Assembly: GCA_030265395.1 (NCBI GenBank) | Contig: JARFYF010000119.1 | Span: forward strand, 21,437,325-21,501,324 | Direction of reading: 5' to 3' | Origin: Rhina ancylostomus | Taxonomy: Eukaryota | DNA: 64,000 nucleotides | In this document: positions 38,070 to 51,350 of the stretch, in pieces | Position numbering within the stretch: the first letter of the stretch is position 1 | Layout: each line of letters opens with the position of its first letter | The notes under the pieces: model-generated | Database searches by the model: none | Told to the model about the DNA's origin: nothing | Seen by the model: only the letters and a program-made list of their open reading frames with translations | Position numbers and translations under genes: made by a program

Positions 38070-38725
38070 CTACATTCCTTACCCTCTGTTTTTTCGTTCC
38101 AAAGAAAGCAAACCCAAGCTGAGACAATGTCTCCAGTTCTACAATTCCCCAGTTGTGGCAATATCTTCTTAAATCTCATTTTCATCTTCTCTAGTGCTAT
38201 CACATCCTTCCTATAGTGTTGTAAGCAGAACTGTACAAAACATGGTGTCAGTTGGCTATTTAATATTTCACATGGTTCTAACATGACTTCCCTTCTACTC
38301 TTGTATTCTATGCCTCAGCCAATAAAGTATCATACATATTTCCTTATCTCCACCTGATCTGTTGTGTCCACAGATGCTCGAACATGTACACCAAGATCAC
38401 TCTGTTCATTTGCACATCCTACCATTTCTCAGCTATTCACTTGCTTTGTTTCCCTTGCCCAAGTGCATTCATTGAATTCCATGTACTAGATTTTTCCACC
38501 AGTTTTTTTTTTGAATATGGCTTAACTTTTATCCTCACTAAACCACATTGCCAATGAAGCCACAAACAACAAAATTCTTAATTATGGCTCCTACATTTAA
38601 ATCCAAAATGCTTACATAGACCGTGACAGCCAAGGAGCAAGTACAAACCTCTGCAGAACCTTACTGCCTACAGCTCTCCAGTCAATAAAATCCTGTCCAC
38701 TCCATTACCCCTCGATTCCTCTTAC
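38070..38725 (-). mobile_element. Degraded CR1 ORF2 fragment
   Basis: ORF-track peptide FVQFCLQHYRKDVIALEKMKMRFKKILPQL. Confidence 0.75.
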
Positions 38726-38794
38726 AGAAATAAGTTGGTAATTTTCCCCAAATCCATTCAGCTTTTTCACTTCCTTGATCAGTTTGTCATGAAG

Positions 38795-38915
38795 GACTTT
38801 GTCAAACAAGGGAATCAGAGGATGTGGGGATTGGGTAGGAAAGTGGATGTGTCAGAAGATCACCATGATCAGAGTCAAGGGGCTGTGTGGCCTCCTCCTG
38901 TTTCTGCTTATCTTC
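38795..38915 (+). mobile_element. CR1 3' tail fragment
   Basis: KGIRGCGDWVGKW followed by aggggctgtgtggcctcctcctgtttct. Confidence 0.7.
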
Positions 38916-40039
38916 ACCTTGCTATTTAGTGTTCATTCAGCCTGCCATTTAAAAACAGGAGGATCTTGTAGTGGCTCATAACACAAGCAAAATTCCAGGA
39001 ATGTTTGGTTAATACAGTTCTTGAAAAAGAATTGTGTGTGGATACTAAAAAACAGGACAGACTGACAGCACATCATTTATTTGTCATAATTTGAAAACCA
39101 TATGTTAACGATTCCCACTGACCAGGAAATAGAAAATTAGTTAAACCAGAACCAAGTTATTCCTGTTTCCTATCCTGTAGATTTGTTCCAGGCGACTTCC
39201 AAGTAGGACAGTACTTTAGTAGATACTCCATCCCTTCTTACATAAGCAGGTGCACCAGGGAATTCCAATCTGTCAAGCTCAATATTCATTGAAATGCTCA
39301 ACAGCCAATGATATCAGTTGCCTGATACTTCCATTACCATGACTCTTGTTGCTGTGGAAAGTACTTTTCTGTAGCTTTTACTTCTAGTCAGAGAAGGGTT
39401 TGGGGGAAAAAAAAACTGGTGTGTGCCCACTCTCCACTCCAGCCAGGATCTATACAATTTGAACAAAAGTGGGTTCCACTCTTGTGCCAGCTAAGTAGGC
39501 CCGGCAGAACTTTGGCCCAACCACAATGCATCTTTCAATAGCTTCACACCTAACAGTACTGGTTCTTTGGTCCGTTCTTCAGCATATCAGATTAAGCACA
39601 ATGTGGCTCAAATAAACATCCATTTAAGTTAACAAATGAATGCAAATTTACTTGAGTAATTCTTGGAAGAAGTGTATTATCCCGAGGACAGTTTGAATGA
39701 GATGGCAGTTTAGAAAACTGAGAGGTGATCTCATTGAACCATAAAATATTCAGAGAGGGAAAGACAAAATGGTGTCAAGAGGGCATTTCTTCTTGCTGCA
39801 GCAGTAAATAGGGCATTAAAGAGAATAGTAACAGCAGGAAACCAAGCTATGAAACCCTTGATGTTTTCCAAAGATAACATTGAAAACCTGGCAAAGTTCA
39901 TAAATTTAATCAAGTGATCCAAAAGTTTCCGACTTGATATTATGCCTGAATCTGAAATTAGAAGTAAGTTTTCTTACTTCTAATTTTTGGAAGGATAAAC
40001 ATATTTGGTCCTTTTTATCTTCAATTAGCCAGTGTTGAA

Positions 40040-40255
40040 GATAAAAAAAGATAATGCAGATGTTGAAAATCTGCCTTCCACCCAATCATAAATTTTCCCT
40101 TGCGCTCAGTCCTTCTCTCCTTCCTTTCTCTGCATCCTAAGACTTGCCTTCTAGCTTTTCCCAGTACCAGGAATGGGTCATTGACCTGATAAGTTAATTG
40201 CAATTCTCCCTCCACAAAAGTTATCTGACCTGATAAGTACCTCCAACAGTTGTGC
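40040..40255 (+). mobile_element. Penelope-like terminal repeat fragment
   Basis: gggtcattgacctgataagttaattg...tctgacctgataagtacctccaaca, with a short inverted piece (aatgcagatgttgaaaatctg) at its left end. Confidence 0.55.
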
Positions 40256-40399
40256 GTTAAATTCAGCATTGAATACATGCAGATACTAAATCATGAACCA
40301 CGGCAAGCCACAATAATTCCATTAATATATATACTTTTTTTTACATTGTTTATGCATTGAAATATGTTGCATATAACATAATATACAAGCCATTTCCAA

Positions 40400-41220
40400 T
40401 ATCTCCTTATGGCCAATCTCTTTCATTCATGCCATATATTCTTTGGTATTACATTTATTGTTGTCATATGTGAATTTTCCTGTCTCTTCTACTTCTGCTG
40501 CTCCCTCTCTAATTCAGTAGCAAGCTGATTATTATCCATTGGTTTGAGTAGTTGGGCTATTAACAAAAAATATGAACAGCATGGGCTCTAAGTATTGACC
40601 TTCAAAGAATTCCATTCAACATCTTCTTAAGTCAAATTATGGGATTCCAACATTTCTACAGCTCTTCTAAGGAATCAATGGTAGCAAAAAAAAACATGAA
40701 ATGTGTAACTCACCACCTCATTGAAACTTTCAGTTAGCTGGTTCACAGCTAAGTGCTCTCAATTTCAGGTTTCGCTCTGATTTCCTGTATCCAAGTTTAA
40801 AGCAGAGCCTTCATAAGATCAAGACTAATTAAAAATTGCTGAAAATCAGTACAAATCATTTATGCTATCTGAAATTAGGAAATTTGTCATATAGAATTGT
40901 CTCTTCTAGATNNNNNNNNNNNNNNNNNNNNNNNNNNNNNNNNNNNNNNNNNNNNNNNNNNNNNNNNTCATTCTAGATTCACTTGTTATTAATATTCAGT
41001 TAATGGGCCTTCAATCGACTGGTTATGTTTTCTGATCTCTTAAACATACATTTGATCACTTCTAGTTTTATGTCCTAAGTTCAGAATGATTCCTTCCTCA
41101 TTATGACAATCATGATCTGAAAATGATTCTCTAATTATCTTTGACACTGCAAAAAGATGGCATCAGGGACTCTGGTCATTACCAAGTCCCAAATCCTCAA
41201 TTTCCTTTGCCTTTTGATTT
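40400..41220 (-). mobile_element. Ancient CR1/L2-group RT remnant
   Basis: Minus strand has LDLMKA (~40810-40830) and a GI..GSIL.PMLFIF remnant of GVPQGSILGP.LF (~40570-40612). Confidence 0.45.
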
Positions 41221-41639
41221 CAAATCAGGCCCACAGCAAAAATTGTTTTCTTCACCAGTGAATACTTCATAAGGAAAATCTGATCTGATATGATAATTTA
41301 TTTACTTTTATGCTTTCACTGCACATTAGAGTGGAATATTTTAATGGGCAATCATATTCAGGATGCATGTTAAAGACATACAAGGTGAATTGAAAGATGA
41401 AAATGTTCCAGTATGATCTAAAAATCATAAAATTAATAAAGCTAAATACTTCTGAACAAAATTTCTCTGACACCTTTCATATTTCCACAATAGCCATCCT
41501 GCATATTTACATAAAGTGCCAGTCAACTGAGCTCTTTTCAAAAACTTTGACATTAATACAGCTCAACATTAGAGATGTGGTGATGCCATAAAAGAGAATG
41601 GATTAAAAAAAACCATTCTATCAAAAATAATGTAATTAT

Positions 41640-43200
41640 TAGGTATTAGCACAGAAGATCATTCGTAGAATGACTTAGCAACAATTTTCACACATTTAGT
41701 AGGACACAATTTCCCTGACATTTTTGAGGAAGTGAAAGATCAAGTAGACTATGGCAAGCTTGTTGAGTATGAAACTTTCATACAAAACATTGTCAGATGT
41801 TTTCTGGAAGGCTCTAGGGGAACAATTGCAGCAGGAAAACACATTGATTAAGAACTGGGAACAAGAGATACTGTTTGGGAGAACTGAGAAGTATAGAGGT
41901 GGACAGGAAGTTGATGACCAGACTCCCATCATTGTCCTACTTTTAAGAACTAGTCACATCCATATTCAACAAAAGATTACAAGTTTGTCAAGTATTCAAG
42001 GAATCCTGAACTAGGAGACCAGTCAATAGTTAAAGCAAAAGCCAGAAAAAAATTGGCCTGCATTACCTGTGTGCAAAGACAGTGAATGGTATTGAGACAA
42101 TTTTAAAGAACTTGTTTTAGTTAATGTTGGCAAACTGCTCAATCATTCACATGACAACAGGGCCAAAAGGAACCTAAATTACAGTCACACCAGTAGAAAA
42201 CACTTCAAGGGGAAGGTATAATCAAGCAATGCAGTGGCAAGATAGCATCATATCTCCAGTACCACGTTCAATTCTGGGCACCAAGGGAGAAGGAAGATAT
42301 TTAAAATCTTGGGAGGTTTTGCACAATGTACAATCTTGGTCTTTTAAATGATGAGGAGAAAGAGTCAATCTATTTGGGGTCTTCATCTTGCAAGAGGTAC
42401 AACACAAAATCTGAAGTATAAATTTAAATCAAAGTGCAAGAGTGAGGATTTGAATTTTGGGTTTAAACTATTGAAAAGGTTAAATTTGGGACTGATACGA
42501 AACATTCCCCCCTCCCCCATACACAAAGAATACATGAAATACTGACATAGAAGTCATGGAGGTATGTAAACATTAGAACCATATAATTAATCCCAGAGGT
42601 CTGGGAGGAGTCTGAATACTTTTGCTTAGATGGGCTGCTGTTTGATTGTATTTTCTAATTAGGCAAGAAATGAGCCCCAAATAATACCTGAAATGAGAAG
42701 AAAATGTGGAACCATTGGGGTTCATCCTGACACCGCATGCAAAGCCTGAGAAATCATTAAACCATATTAGGACACACCACCTTCCAAATACACAGAAATA
42801 ACATGGCTGTTGGACTGGAGCAAGGTATCAATAGAGACTCGCAGAAATGGTTCAGAACAAAACATTTACAGGGCAAGTTGCAGGGAATGATGAAGGAAGG
42901 GGAGACCCAAGGATTCTTTGCAAAATACTCATGTTCTTCAGGTCCCAGTAATAGTTTGTTGGGTTTCTTTTAGCTAGAGATTCACCCTATAGCAACTTTT
43001 CCAAGGCAGACCATACTTCATATCGTTCACATGACTCACAGTTAAAATAACTTGAAGTTAAAACTTTTTTTTGGGAGAAAGCACTTTAAGACTTATGAGG
43101 CTCATCATGAGGCACCTATGGATTTGCATGTCTCTTGACAACTTGGAGTTAAAATAGTGGCAGGCTTTGAATCTGTTAAAGAAGCTGTTGCAAGTTGAAA
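41640..43200 (+). mobile_element. Ancient CR1-like ORF2 remnant
   Basis: DIFEEVKDQVDYGKLVE (~41717-41770) and LIKNW resemble the CR1 RT segment FFEEVT..VD.G..VD...I.NW. Downstream similarity is weak. Confidence 0.4.
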
Positions 43201-43533
43201 TCTATTCTTATCAGATTTTTTGTTGTCAATAATTCAAAAATATCTTTTTTGAAATATTGACAACAAAAAAAAATCTATTTAAAAGGTTAAATTTGGGACT
43301 GATATGAAACTTCACCCCCCTCCCCCTACACAAAGAATGATCAACACATGAAATACTGCTATGGAAGTCATGGAGGCGTATAAATATTAGAATCATATAA
43401 TTAATAATTGGAAGGTCTGGGAGGGATCTGAATACTTTTACTTAGATGGGCTGCCATTTCATTGTATTTTCTAATTAGGCAAAAAATAAGCCCCAAATAT
43501 AATATTAAATGAGAAGAAAATGTGGAACCATTG
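42468..43533 (+). repeat. Diverged direct repeat of about 250 bp (42468-42717 and 43275-43533)
   Basis: Both copies run from aaaaggttaaatttgggactgata to aaatgagaagaaaatgtggaaccattg and are colinear apart from small indels. Confidence 0.92.
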
Positions 43534-45419
43534 TGTTCTGTCTTATATACATCTTTAAAACTTAAAACCTAAAGTACTGCAGTTGCTATTGAAACATGGC
43601 ATATTATGCATAATTACTGAATTAGCATTCTTAAATCTACGACTGTTTTCATCAGTATTCAGTTTGAGTCTCACAAGAATCTTTTCCATTTTGAAAGAAC
43701 CTCAACCTCATTTTTTTGCTCAATGAAGCAATTTACACTTGAAATTTCAAGAGCAGTCAAAATGAAGCAAACACAAGGAGGGCTAAAATCTTTTGCTTTC
43801 TCCCTTTGTCTGTTTAAGCAGTGATCAGAAATGCATTCTGCATTTCCTTACAGCAGCTCATTCATCTGATGATAATTTCTATGGTAATTCTGTCACACTT
43901 AACTCCTTTCACACTCTGAGTTTCAATCTTGGCACCTTTGATAATTCAAGGAAATTAGTGCAACACCACTGTTACATTGAAAAGTGACAAAACTCAAATC
44001 ACAAGGTTTATTGAGGGAGTTGCTACAGCAATGATCGTAAAGATAAAGCAAATTACACTTAACACGGTTGTCACTGGAAGGAGCACAGGAACAGTCAATC
44101 CCAAAGTAGTCCAAGAAATCAGAAAGAACTATCATTCCAACAGAGGGCATGAAATGGCTCATTGTGCAACAGGACATCTCAAAATGTCCAGTCAATTTGA
44201 GTTACAATTGCACGTTTCAGTTTTGAGGTTTCACTCATAAATTCACTGCAAGTGGGAGCAAATACCAATGTAGTTAGGTCTAGAGGACATCCAGGACCTT
44301 GGTAAACAGTGTTAGTATGATTAAGCAACAAGCTGCAGATAAACCTAGTATGAGGGTCAATTAGAAAGAGTGAATTCCATGCTGAATCAGGTGGAAGAAA
44401 AAGTGAATTAGGAGAGAAAAAACAGAAGAGAAAATATATGTGAAGATATAAATATTGACATTTTAAAATTTCTGAAATATCACAATCTAAAGAAATGAAA
44501 TACAACATCTGTAATTGTTTACTTTCTTGGCAAGAAAGATGGGTTGGCAGAAATGATCAACCATCATGTCATTAATAAGTTACTTGCAGTAATAGATTTA
44601 ACATTGTGGCAAATTTAATGGGTAATTAATGAGCTACTGCAGCAACATCAAGAACATCAAGGGTAGGTTAACAACCAGATGTTGTTTTTGCAAAGCTACT
44701 GGCAGAGCAACCTGTGGTGATTCACATTTCATGGAGTATCTCTTCCTCACAAGAAGTTGTTGGACATTTCCCACACTGATAATCACGTGATTTTTTTTTT
44801 GTTCAGAAAATCTGGGCTGGACACAAAGCTGTATCTGGATTATACTTAGAACCAACAGTAAAGAAACAAATCATGTGTCAGAAAACAGCATTGCAGTAGA
44901 ATTTCTGCTTTGGCCACAACTGGCAATTCAGGGCTAAATTGCCTGCGGTTTGAAGTGTATTTTTCTCCCCTGGTTGTGTTTTGCTTAATCTTATTTGCAC
45001 ACTGAGCTTAAAATCTGGCAATATTGCGGACAGCAAGGCAGCATGTAAAATATTGAAAAAAGTACTTCAAAAGGAAAATTGAACAAAGAATATTCCTTGG
45101 CTTATCTGAGAGTGGTGACTTGGTACATTTCAATCAATGCAACTAAAAAGTGGATTTAATCACGAAATAATAAGCAATTTTTAAACTACTGATAATTACT
45201 ATTATGAATAACCGATCTTGAAATTACTGAAAATTAAAGTATAGAACCAGTTCCTGATTACATTATACTCAAAAGCTTTTAAACATTTCTTTTAGTGCTG
45301 TTGCACCCAATGAATGAACAATTTTAGAGCCCCTTAAAGGCCTGTACATGAGCATAATTCATAAAATCAATTCATGCAAATGGAAATATTCAGCATTCTG
45401 AAGTGTGAAGAAAAACAAG

Positions 45420-45510
45420 TCAAAAATGCTAGAAATACTCAACAAGTCAGGCAGTATTGGGAGAGAAAAAGAGTTAGTGATTCGGGTTGATAAACTATCA
45501 TTAACATTCA
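45420..45510 (-). mobile_element. Penelope-like terminal repeat fragment
   Basis: aaatgctagaaatactcaacaagtcaggcagtatt matches the repeat family at 10920 and 26720. Confidence 0.6.
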
Positions 45511-45729
45511 TCATTCATCCTGGGCTTGTGGACAGTTTGTGGACATAATCTGCCTTTAGTATATAGATATTCTTTTTTAAAGTCTAATAAAAACACACAC
45601 ATTAAATTCATCAAATGCAAGCTGTGCTTAAAACTGATCTTTTGCGCCAATTATAGCAACATCAGTCAAACCATTCTGAAAAAGCAAATGAAATCAATTC
45701 AACATTTTTAATTAATACTGAATGTTGTT

Positions 45730-45751
45730 AATAATAATAATAATAATAATA
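45730..45751 (+). repeat. (AAT)n microsatellite
   Basis: About seven tandem AAT units. Confidence 0.9.
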
Positions 45752-46456
45752 GCTGAGTCACGTAAGCTTTAAATCATCAAAAAGCCAGCAGGCTTGTTGT
45801 TCAACAAATCAAGCTTGTCCTTAGTGTTGCTTCCAGATTTTCATTCCTCCTTTTCTACCAGAATATAGATATTGCTGTCACAAACTGATGTGCATGCATG
45901 CCTCTCTCAGCAGCCTTCATCAATACATTGCAATTTAGAATACAGTCAGCATTGCTTATGGCCAGGATAATTTACAGTGCACAAAAGGTATAGTATAGAA
46001 GTCACACATTGCATGCTTTTAATGATCACATTTGTGCTGTAAATCAACCCAAATGAGTGTAATTAGTAGCACCTACTGTTAGGTGAATGGAGAGGAAACA
46101 ACATAAATTGTTCAGCTGCAACGTACTATCTTGATGGAGAAAATGGTTGAAGAGGCTTAAAGTTGGATAGCTTAGGGAAAAGGAAAAAAAGATTCCAAGA
46201 GGCCAGGATAATAGCACATAATTCCCTTCCATTGAACATCTGAGCTAATGGTGTCATTTAAACAGTCGATTATATGTTGTGTACAAAGATTCATGTGAAT
46301 CTGGAATGCCAAGTCCCTTGAAAATCAAGTTATCACCATCTTTTAAATTAGCAACAGAACTCATATTTATTGCCATTGACGTGTTTTTGTTCCGATCACT
46401 GGAAAGCAGGAATTAATGGAAATAAGTATTATTCAGATTGGCTCTATCCTGTCAAG

Positions 46457-46550
46457 TAGAAAATCCTGGAAATACTCACCAGGTTGGGCAGCATTTCTGG
46501 AGAAAGGAGGAGTCAATGTTTCAGGCCAATGACCTTCCATTAGAACTCTC
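46457..46550 (-). mobile_element. Penelope-like terminal repeat with decayed hammerhead motif
   Basis: Reverse complement reads AGTT CTAATGGA AGGTCATTGGCCT GAAACATT GACT...GCTGCCCAACCTGGTGAGTATTTCCAGG. Confidence 0.7.
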
Positions 46551-48194
46551 CTTCAGAATAACAATTATAATCACTAAATAAAAATAAATCTATACCATTT
46601 CTACCTATTAAAAGCTAGGAGATTCTTAAGTCCATTTAATTAATTGCTTCCAATATGCTGTAGAAGCAGAAACAAGTTGGCTTTAGTTAATGCACAACTG
46701 AAGGAGAATGATTTTCTCAAATGTTTGATTATAGCTGTATTCACAATAATATAGCATCCATGTAAAACTTATTACTTTTCCAAACTATGGTGTTTCATCA
46801 GGTCACTTTATTGGACAAATAAAGAATGAAGTTCAGCTTCCCCAAACTCCAGAACAAAATTAGCAAAATGAGGCCATTCACTGAGTGACAGTATACATTC
46901 AGATGATTAAAGCAAATGATCTTATGGTGTTTTTAATGCAATCTTCAAAATGTCAGTCAAAATTTCCAGAGTGAGATTTGTTGAATGCCACACTATGTTA
47001 TTTCATCTCATGGGATTAGGATTAGTGTAGTAACTAGAGTGGAGGGTAGGTTATTATGTCTTTTTCTTCAGAGTTTGGTTTCCAAGTTACACTTTTAAGA
47101 TTCAAGTCTGTAGCTTAATCATATTTAACTTTAAGGCCATGTACTGCCAAGAGATACAACACAATTTCTACACAGTATAAAAGGACAATTAATGTTGTTG
47201 TGTCTGTAACATATCTTGTTTCATTCTTCCAATAATAGCATTCCTTTTCTGACTTTTCAATACATCTATTCTCAAAATGTCTAACTGAATGAACTACTTT
47301 AAAACTCAGATTTGTTCGTTGCTTGCCATACTATTCAAAAAAATTCATTCACAATACTTGCTCATGTGCAAGACATTTTATCTTCATTACTTAGGCTTGT
47401 ATCCAGTCATTCCTTTCTGCAATGAACTGGTGTGTTGGTGACGTGGAGCCCAGAATTCCTGTTATTGCAGAAGTTGCACTCGGTGCCAATTCTCTACCAC
47501 TAGTTCTGGTGTAGGCTGCAAATGATTCCGTTCCATCTTATCTGCTGGCCATCTAGTTCTTAATGATGGAGAATCTTGCAGCATTGACTTTAATTGATAA
47601 CTTTAGCTGGGTTCCAGGTTTTCAAAACTGGATCTTGTACGTGGACAGCTTTCCTTGTCAATAACACAGGAAATGAATTAGTCTGCCTGCTGTAGTGTTG
47701 GCTTCCTTTCACTTGTACAGTCAGTTGCTGTCTTGCTTCTTCTAGGTCTTGCAGATGATATATTTTGCTTGGCAAAATTGTCTTGTTCCTTCTGCCACTT
47801 AGTAATTCAGCTGCTGATTTCATGTCAGTATTAAGAGATGTAGCATGAAGTGACAATAATGCAAGGATTGGTCTTCCTTTGTCTCTTGACACTTGATAAG
47901 GTCATTTTTACTGTTTGGACATGCCTCTCTATGAAACCAAGTCCTCTTAGATAGTACAAGGATTAGGTCACAATGGTAAACCCACATCACACTTTGAATT
48001 CTCTAAATTTTCCAGAGGCTAGCCAATTATCTCAGTCAGCATAATTTCCTTCAGAAGTACATTTCTAGATTTCTAGGATACACAGTATGTGAACAACACA
48101 TTGACAATATCTTTGAAGATGTCTATCTAGTATACAGCTGACCAGCTCTCAGCTTGCATTTTGTTACATCATTGTAGCTTTCCTGCAAATTCTT

Positions 48195-48442
48195 TTTTAA
48201 AAAAATTTATTTACAGCGTGGTAACAGGCCCTTCCGGCCCAACGAATCCGCACTGCCCATTTTAAACCCCAAATTAACTTATCCGTACGTCTTTGGAATG
48301 TGGGAGGAAACCAGAGCACCTGGGGGAAACCCACGCAGACATGGGAGAAAGTACAAACTCCTTACAGGCAGCGGCGGGAATTGAACCCCAGTCGCTGGCA
48401 CAGTAATAGCATTGTGTTAACCACTACGCTACCATGCTGCCC
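48195..48442 (-). mobile_element. Full-length V-domain SINE (CR1-type tail) nested in the Gypsy pol region
   Basis: Reverse complement GGGCAGCATGGTAGCGTAGTGGTTAA...GGGTTCAATTCC...GGGCCGGAAGGGCCTGTTACCACGCTGTAAATAAA. Confidence 0.92.
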
Positions 48443-49529
48443 GGTAGAATTCTTAATAATTCTTTTTTGGCAATGATTCTTGCATCATTCTGGATCCAGC
48501 CAATTGAACACCATTTTCAAGTGAGATGTCATCATTGATTGATCAATAACATTTTATTGCTTCTTTTCTTTATTTCATCCTTTTAGGCTACCCTGAGTCA
48601 CTCTTTGAGAAAGCAGAGTCATTGTCAGACTCTTCTGATCTTACCAGTTTATTGGTTTCACACTTACCAGGTGGTGTATCCTCACACCTACATCTCTCAG
48701 TGCCCGCTTCTCCTATGGTAACAGATGAGGAAGTCCATCTGCCAGCACCATTTTGTTTTCACAGAGTAAAACCATAATTTAGAAGCCTCAATCATAATAA
48801 TTGCAATCTTGTTGGCACTATCCCTACATTCTTCTTGTAATTTTCTCTAGGAGTCTGAAATCATTTTCTATTATGAAGTTCCTACCCCAGAGATACTGTG
48901 AAACTTCTCACATCCATATATGACTGATAACAGCTCTCTTCTCATTTCTGCCAATGTGTGTATGTGCTATGCCTACAAATGCTATTGGCTTGCATCTTGC
49001 AATCAGCTTTCAGTAGAGGCATTTACTATTTAAATGACAGTTGTTCTTCTTTTGTAGAATAGGAAGTCTGTCTGAGTGCATTATACCTTTGCAAATTTCT
49101 TAAAGCTTGTTGCATGGGATTGTGACTGCTGTTATTTGACACTTTCTTTCCCGTTGTGATGTGTAAGGAATGAAAGAATTCACATTTCAGCTCCTTGCAG
49201 AGGGTATTGAATCTCTGGAATTCAATACCCTAGAAAGTGGTGAAGGGCAGATCATTAACTGGGAAAGATTCTTGGTTCTTCTGACTTTTGGTGCATTTAT
49301 CTCAGCTATAGCTGTAACTGTTTCTGACTTTAGCTTAACTCGAGTGTACATATCATTCTGCTGAACTGCCACTCTTTCTCCTGGTTCCTTCCATTACCTC
49401 ACGGTGATGACCAGCATGAACTTTGTTATCCACTCCACAGACCTGACGTCACCTGCTAAAACAACTGCATCCTCTGCAAGTCTTGCGTACTTTCTGCATT
49501 AACATATCCTTGTTTATTTTCATGGAGAC

Positions 49530-49768
49530 ATGGCAGTTAGTGCTGCTGCCTCACAGCTCCAGGGACCTGGTTTCAATCCCCAGACCTCAAGTGCTCTCTG
49601 TGTGTAGTTTATACTTACACCCTGTAACTGTGTGTGCTTTCCCCACGTGCTCTGGTTTTCTCCCACATCCCAAAGACTCGCTGATAGGAAAATTGTTAAC
49701 TGTAAATAACCCTGAGGGGTCAGCATGGACCCAATGGGTCACATAACCTCCTTTGTCCTATAAATTAA
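49530..49768 (+). mobile_element. V-domain SINE nested in the Gypsy RT region
   Basis: gctgctgcctcacagctccagggacctggtttcaatcc...ctctggttttctcccacatcccaaagac. Confidence 0.85.
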
Positions 49769-49934
49769 GACTTTGCAGTTTATATTGTCCAAGCAATGTG
49801 TTAAATGTGGTCAATAGTGAAGGTTCCTCATCAGTCTTGTTCTCACTTCTGACATTAGGTTTGCTGAAAACCTGGGTATCTGTCTATGCTGGCGTGATCT
49901 TTTTTTCCATCCAGGATTGGAGTTGGGCTATGAT

Positions 49935-50180
49935 CCTTCTTGATGGAATGATTTATCTTTCTCCACCTTAAATATATTAAATGATCTGGTGTTCACTGCC
50001 CTCAAAGTCCAGAAATTCACTACTAGAGAAGAAATTTCTAAGTACCTCAGTTTTAAATAACCAGCCCCTTATTTTGTAGCTCTGTCCCCTTTTTCTTGAT
50101 TCTCCCACTGGTAAGAACATCTCAGCACCTACCCTCTCAAGTCCCTGAGAATGTTTGAATAGGATCAGCCCTCATCCTTG
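49935..50180 (-). mobile_element. CR1 3' fragment nested in the Gypsy element
   Basis: agaagaaatttct...cagttttaaat...cccttattttgtagctctgtcccct is the reverse complement of the CR1 RGH.LKIRG..FKTE.R.NFF region. Confidence 0.7.
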
Positions 50181-51332
50181 TAGGTTTCTCTCTCATCACA
50201 TTCAGTAGGTTTAGTAAATTTTACTCCTTCTCTTGGAATTCCTTTTCAACTCACTTGTTAATTAACATGCAATGTGGAAAACTAGTTTCACTTATGATGC
50301 AAAATTCTGTTTTATCTTCACGTTGATGATTGGTGGTTGGTTTCTTGTCCTTTTCCTGATCTGGACAATTGTGTCCATTTCATTTCTCTGGGAAGTGCCA
50401 CATGGCCAACATATGGTGTCTTCATACCTCGTTATCTTCCATGGTACGGACATTCTGATTTTGATGCCTTCCCATTTGTCCTTTTACTCATCCTTTGGTA
50501 TTTCCACTACATATTTTTGTTTGATTTGTACAACTTCTCCCAACAGTTGAGCTTGCAACATGATCCATCATTTGATCCCAATTCAGGAATATCTTTGTCT
50601 GTGACCTCGTTTGGTCTTCTAATCCTCCTGCACCACCTGACTGCTCTTATTAATTTGTCAAATTGTGTTAACCCAGTCTCCTTTCTCAGACTGATCTGGA
50701 GATGGTTCAGTATCCAATGCCTTCACCTGCCTACGTTTCCTCCTGTACTTCAGATATATCTATGCTATGCCCCTGGGACAGCAAGCTTCTTATTCCTATG
50801 AAAAAGTTTTCTACGTGACTGGATATGCTAAATCTCAAATTGAGTTGTTTCACTAGCCATTCATTCATTTCCTTAAACTCACATTTTCTGGCTGTGTTTC
50901 TAAAACTCAAAGTCATCAACATGGTAATTAACTTCCTGCCTTAAACTTTGGAGCCCAAACCTATGGATCTAATGATTCAATTTCAGCTTGAGGTCTGTGC
51001 TGAATTTTTCAAAGATCTTGTCAGTACTATTAGTCCCAAATTCACTTCTTCTTCAGTTGTTGTGAAGATCCAATCCTTTCTCTCCTGTGCAAAAAAGAAT
51101 ACAGATGGCCTCTTCTTGACTGCAACTAGTCAGAAAATCATTGAATTTTAGTTTAGAGCTTCAGTTAAATTTTCCATACGCTTCTAGCACATCATTGGCT
51201 TCAGAGACTTGTTATGGACCAGAGCTGTATTCACTGTAAACATCTTTAACCACATATAATCATCAAATCTCATATCCATTCTTTTTATTAAAACAGTCAA
51301 ATCCAGCATTGGCATGGCATGGGATTTTACTC

Positions 51333-51350
51333 ACCAGACCTCAGCCACCA
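51333..51350 (-). promoter_or_regulatory. Primer-binding site, initiator-Met tRNA type
   Basis: Minus strand ...GACACAACA|TGGTGGCTGAGGTCTGGT: an LTR-like CA end followed directly by TGG, similar to the complement of the tRNA-iMet 3' end (TGGTAGCAGAGGATGGT). Confidence 0.65.

Noticed and set aside
42488-42512. CTGATACGAAAC resembling a hammerhead core inside the direct repeat
   Set aside because: No CUGANGA spacing, no helix II and no flanking PLE sequence.
50337-50801. 154-aa hydrophobic plus-strand ORF
   Set aside because: Antisense shadow of the purine-rich Gypsy gag region, with no independent support as a gene.
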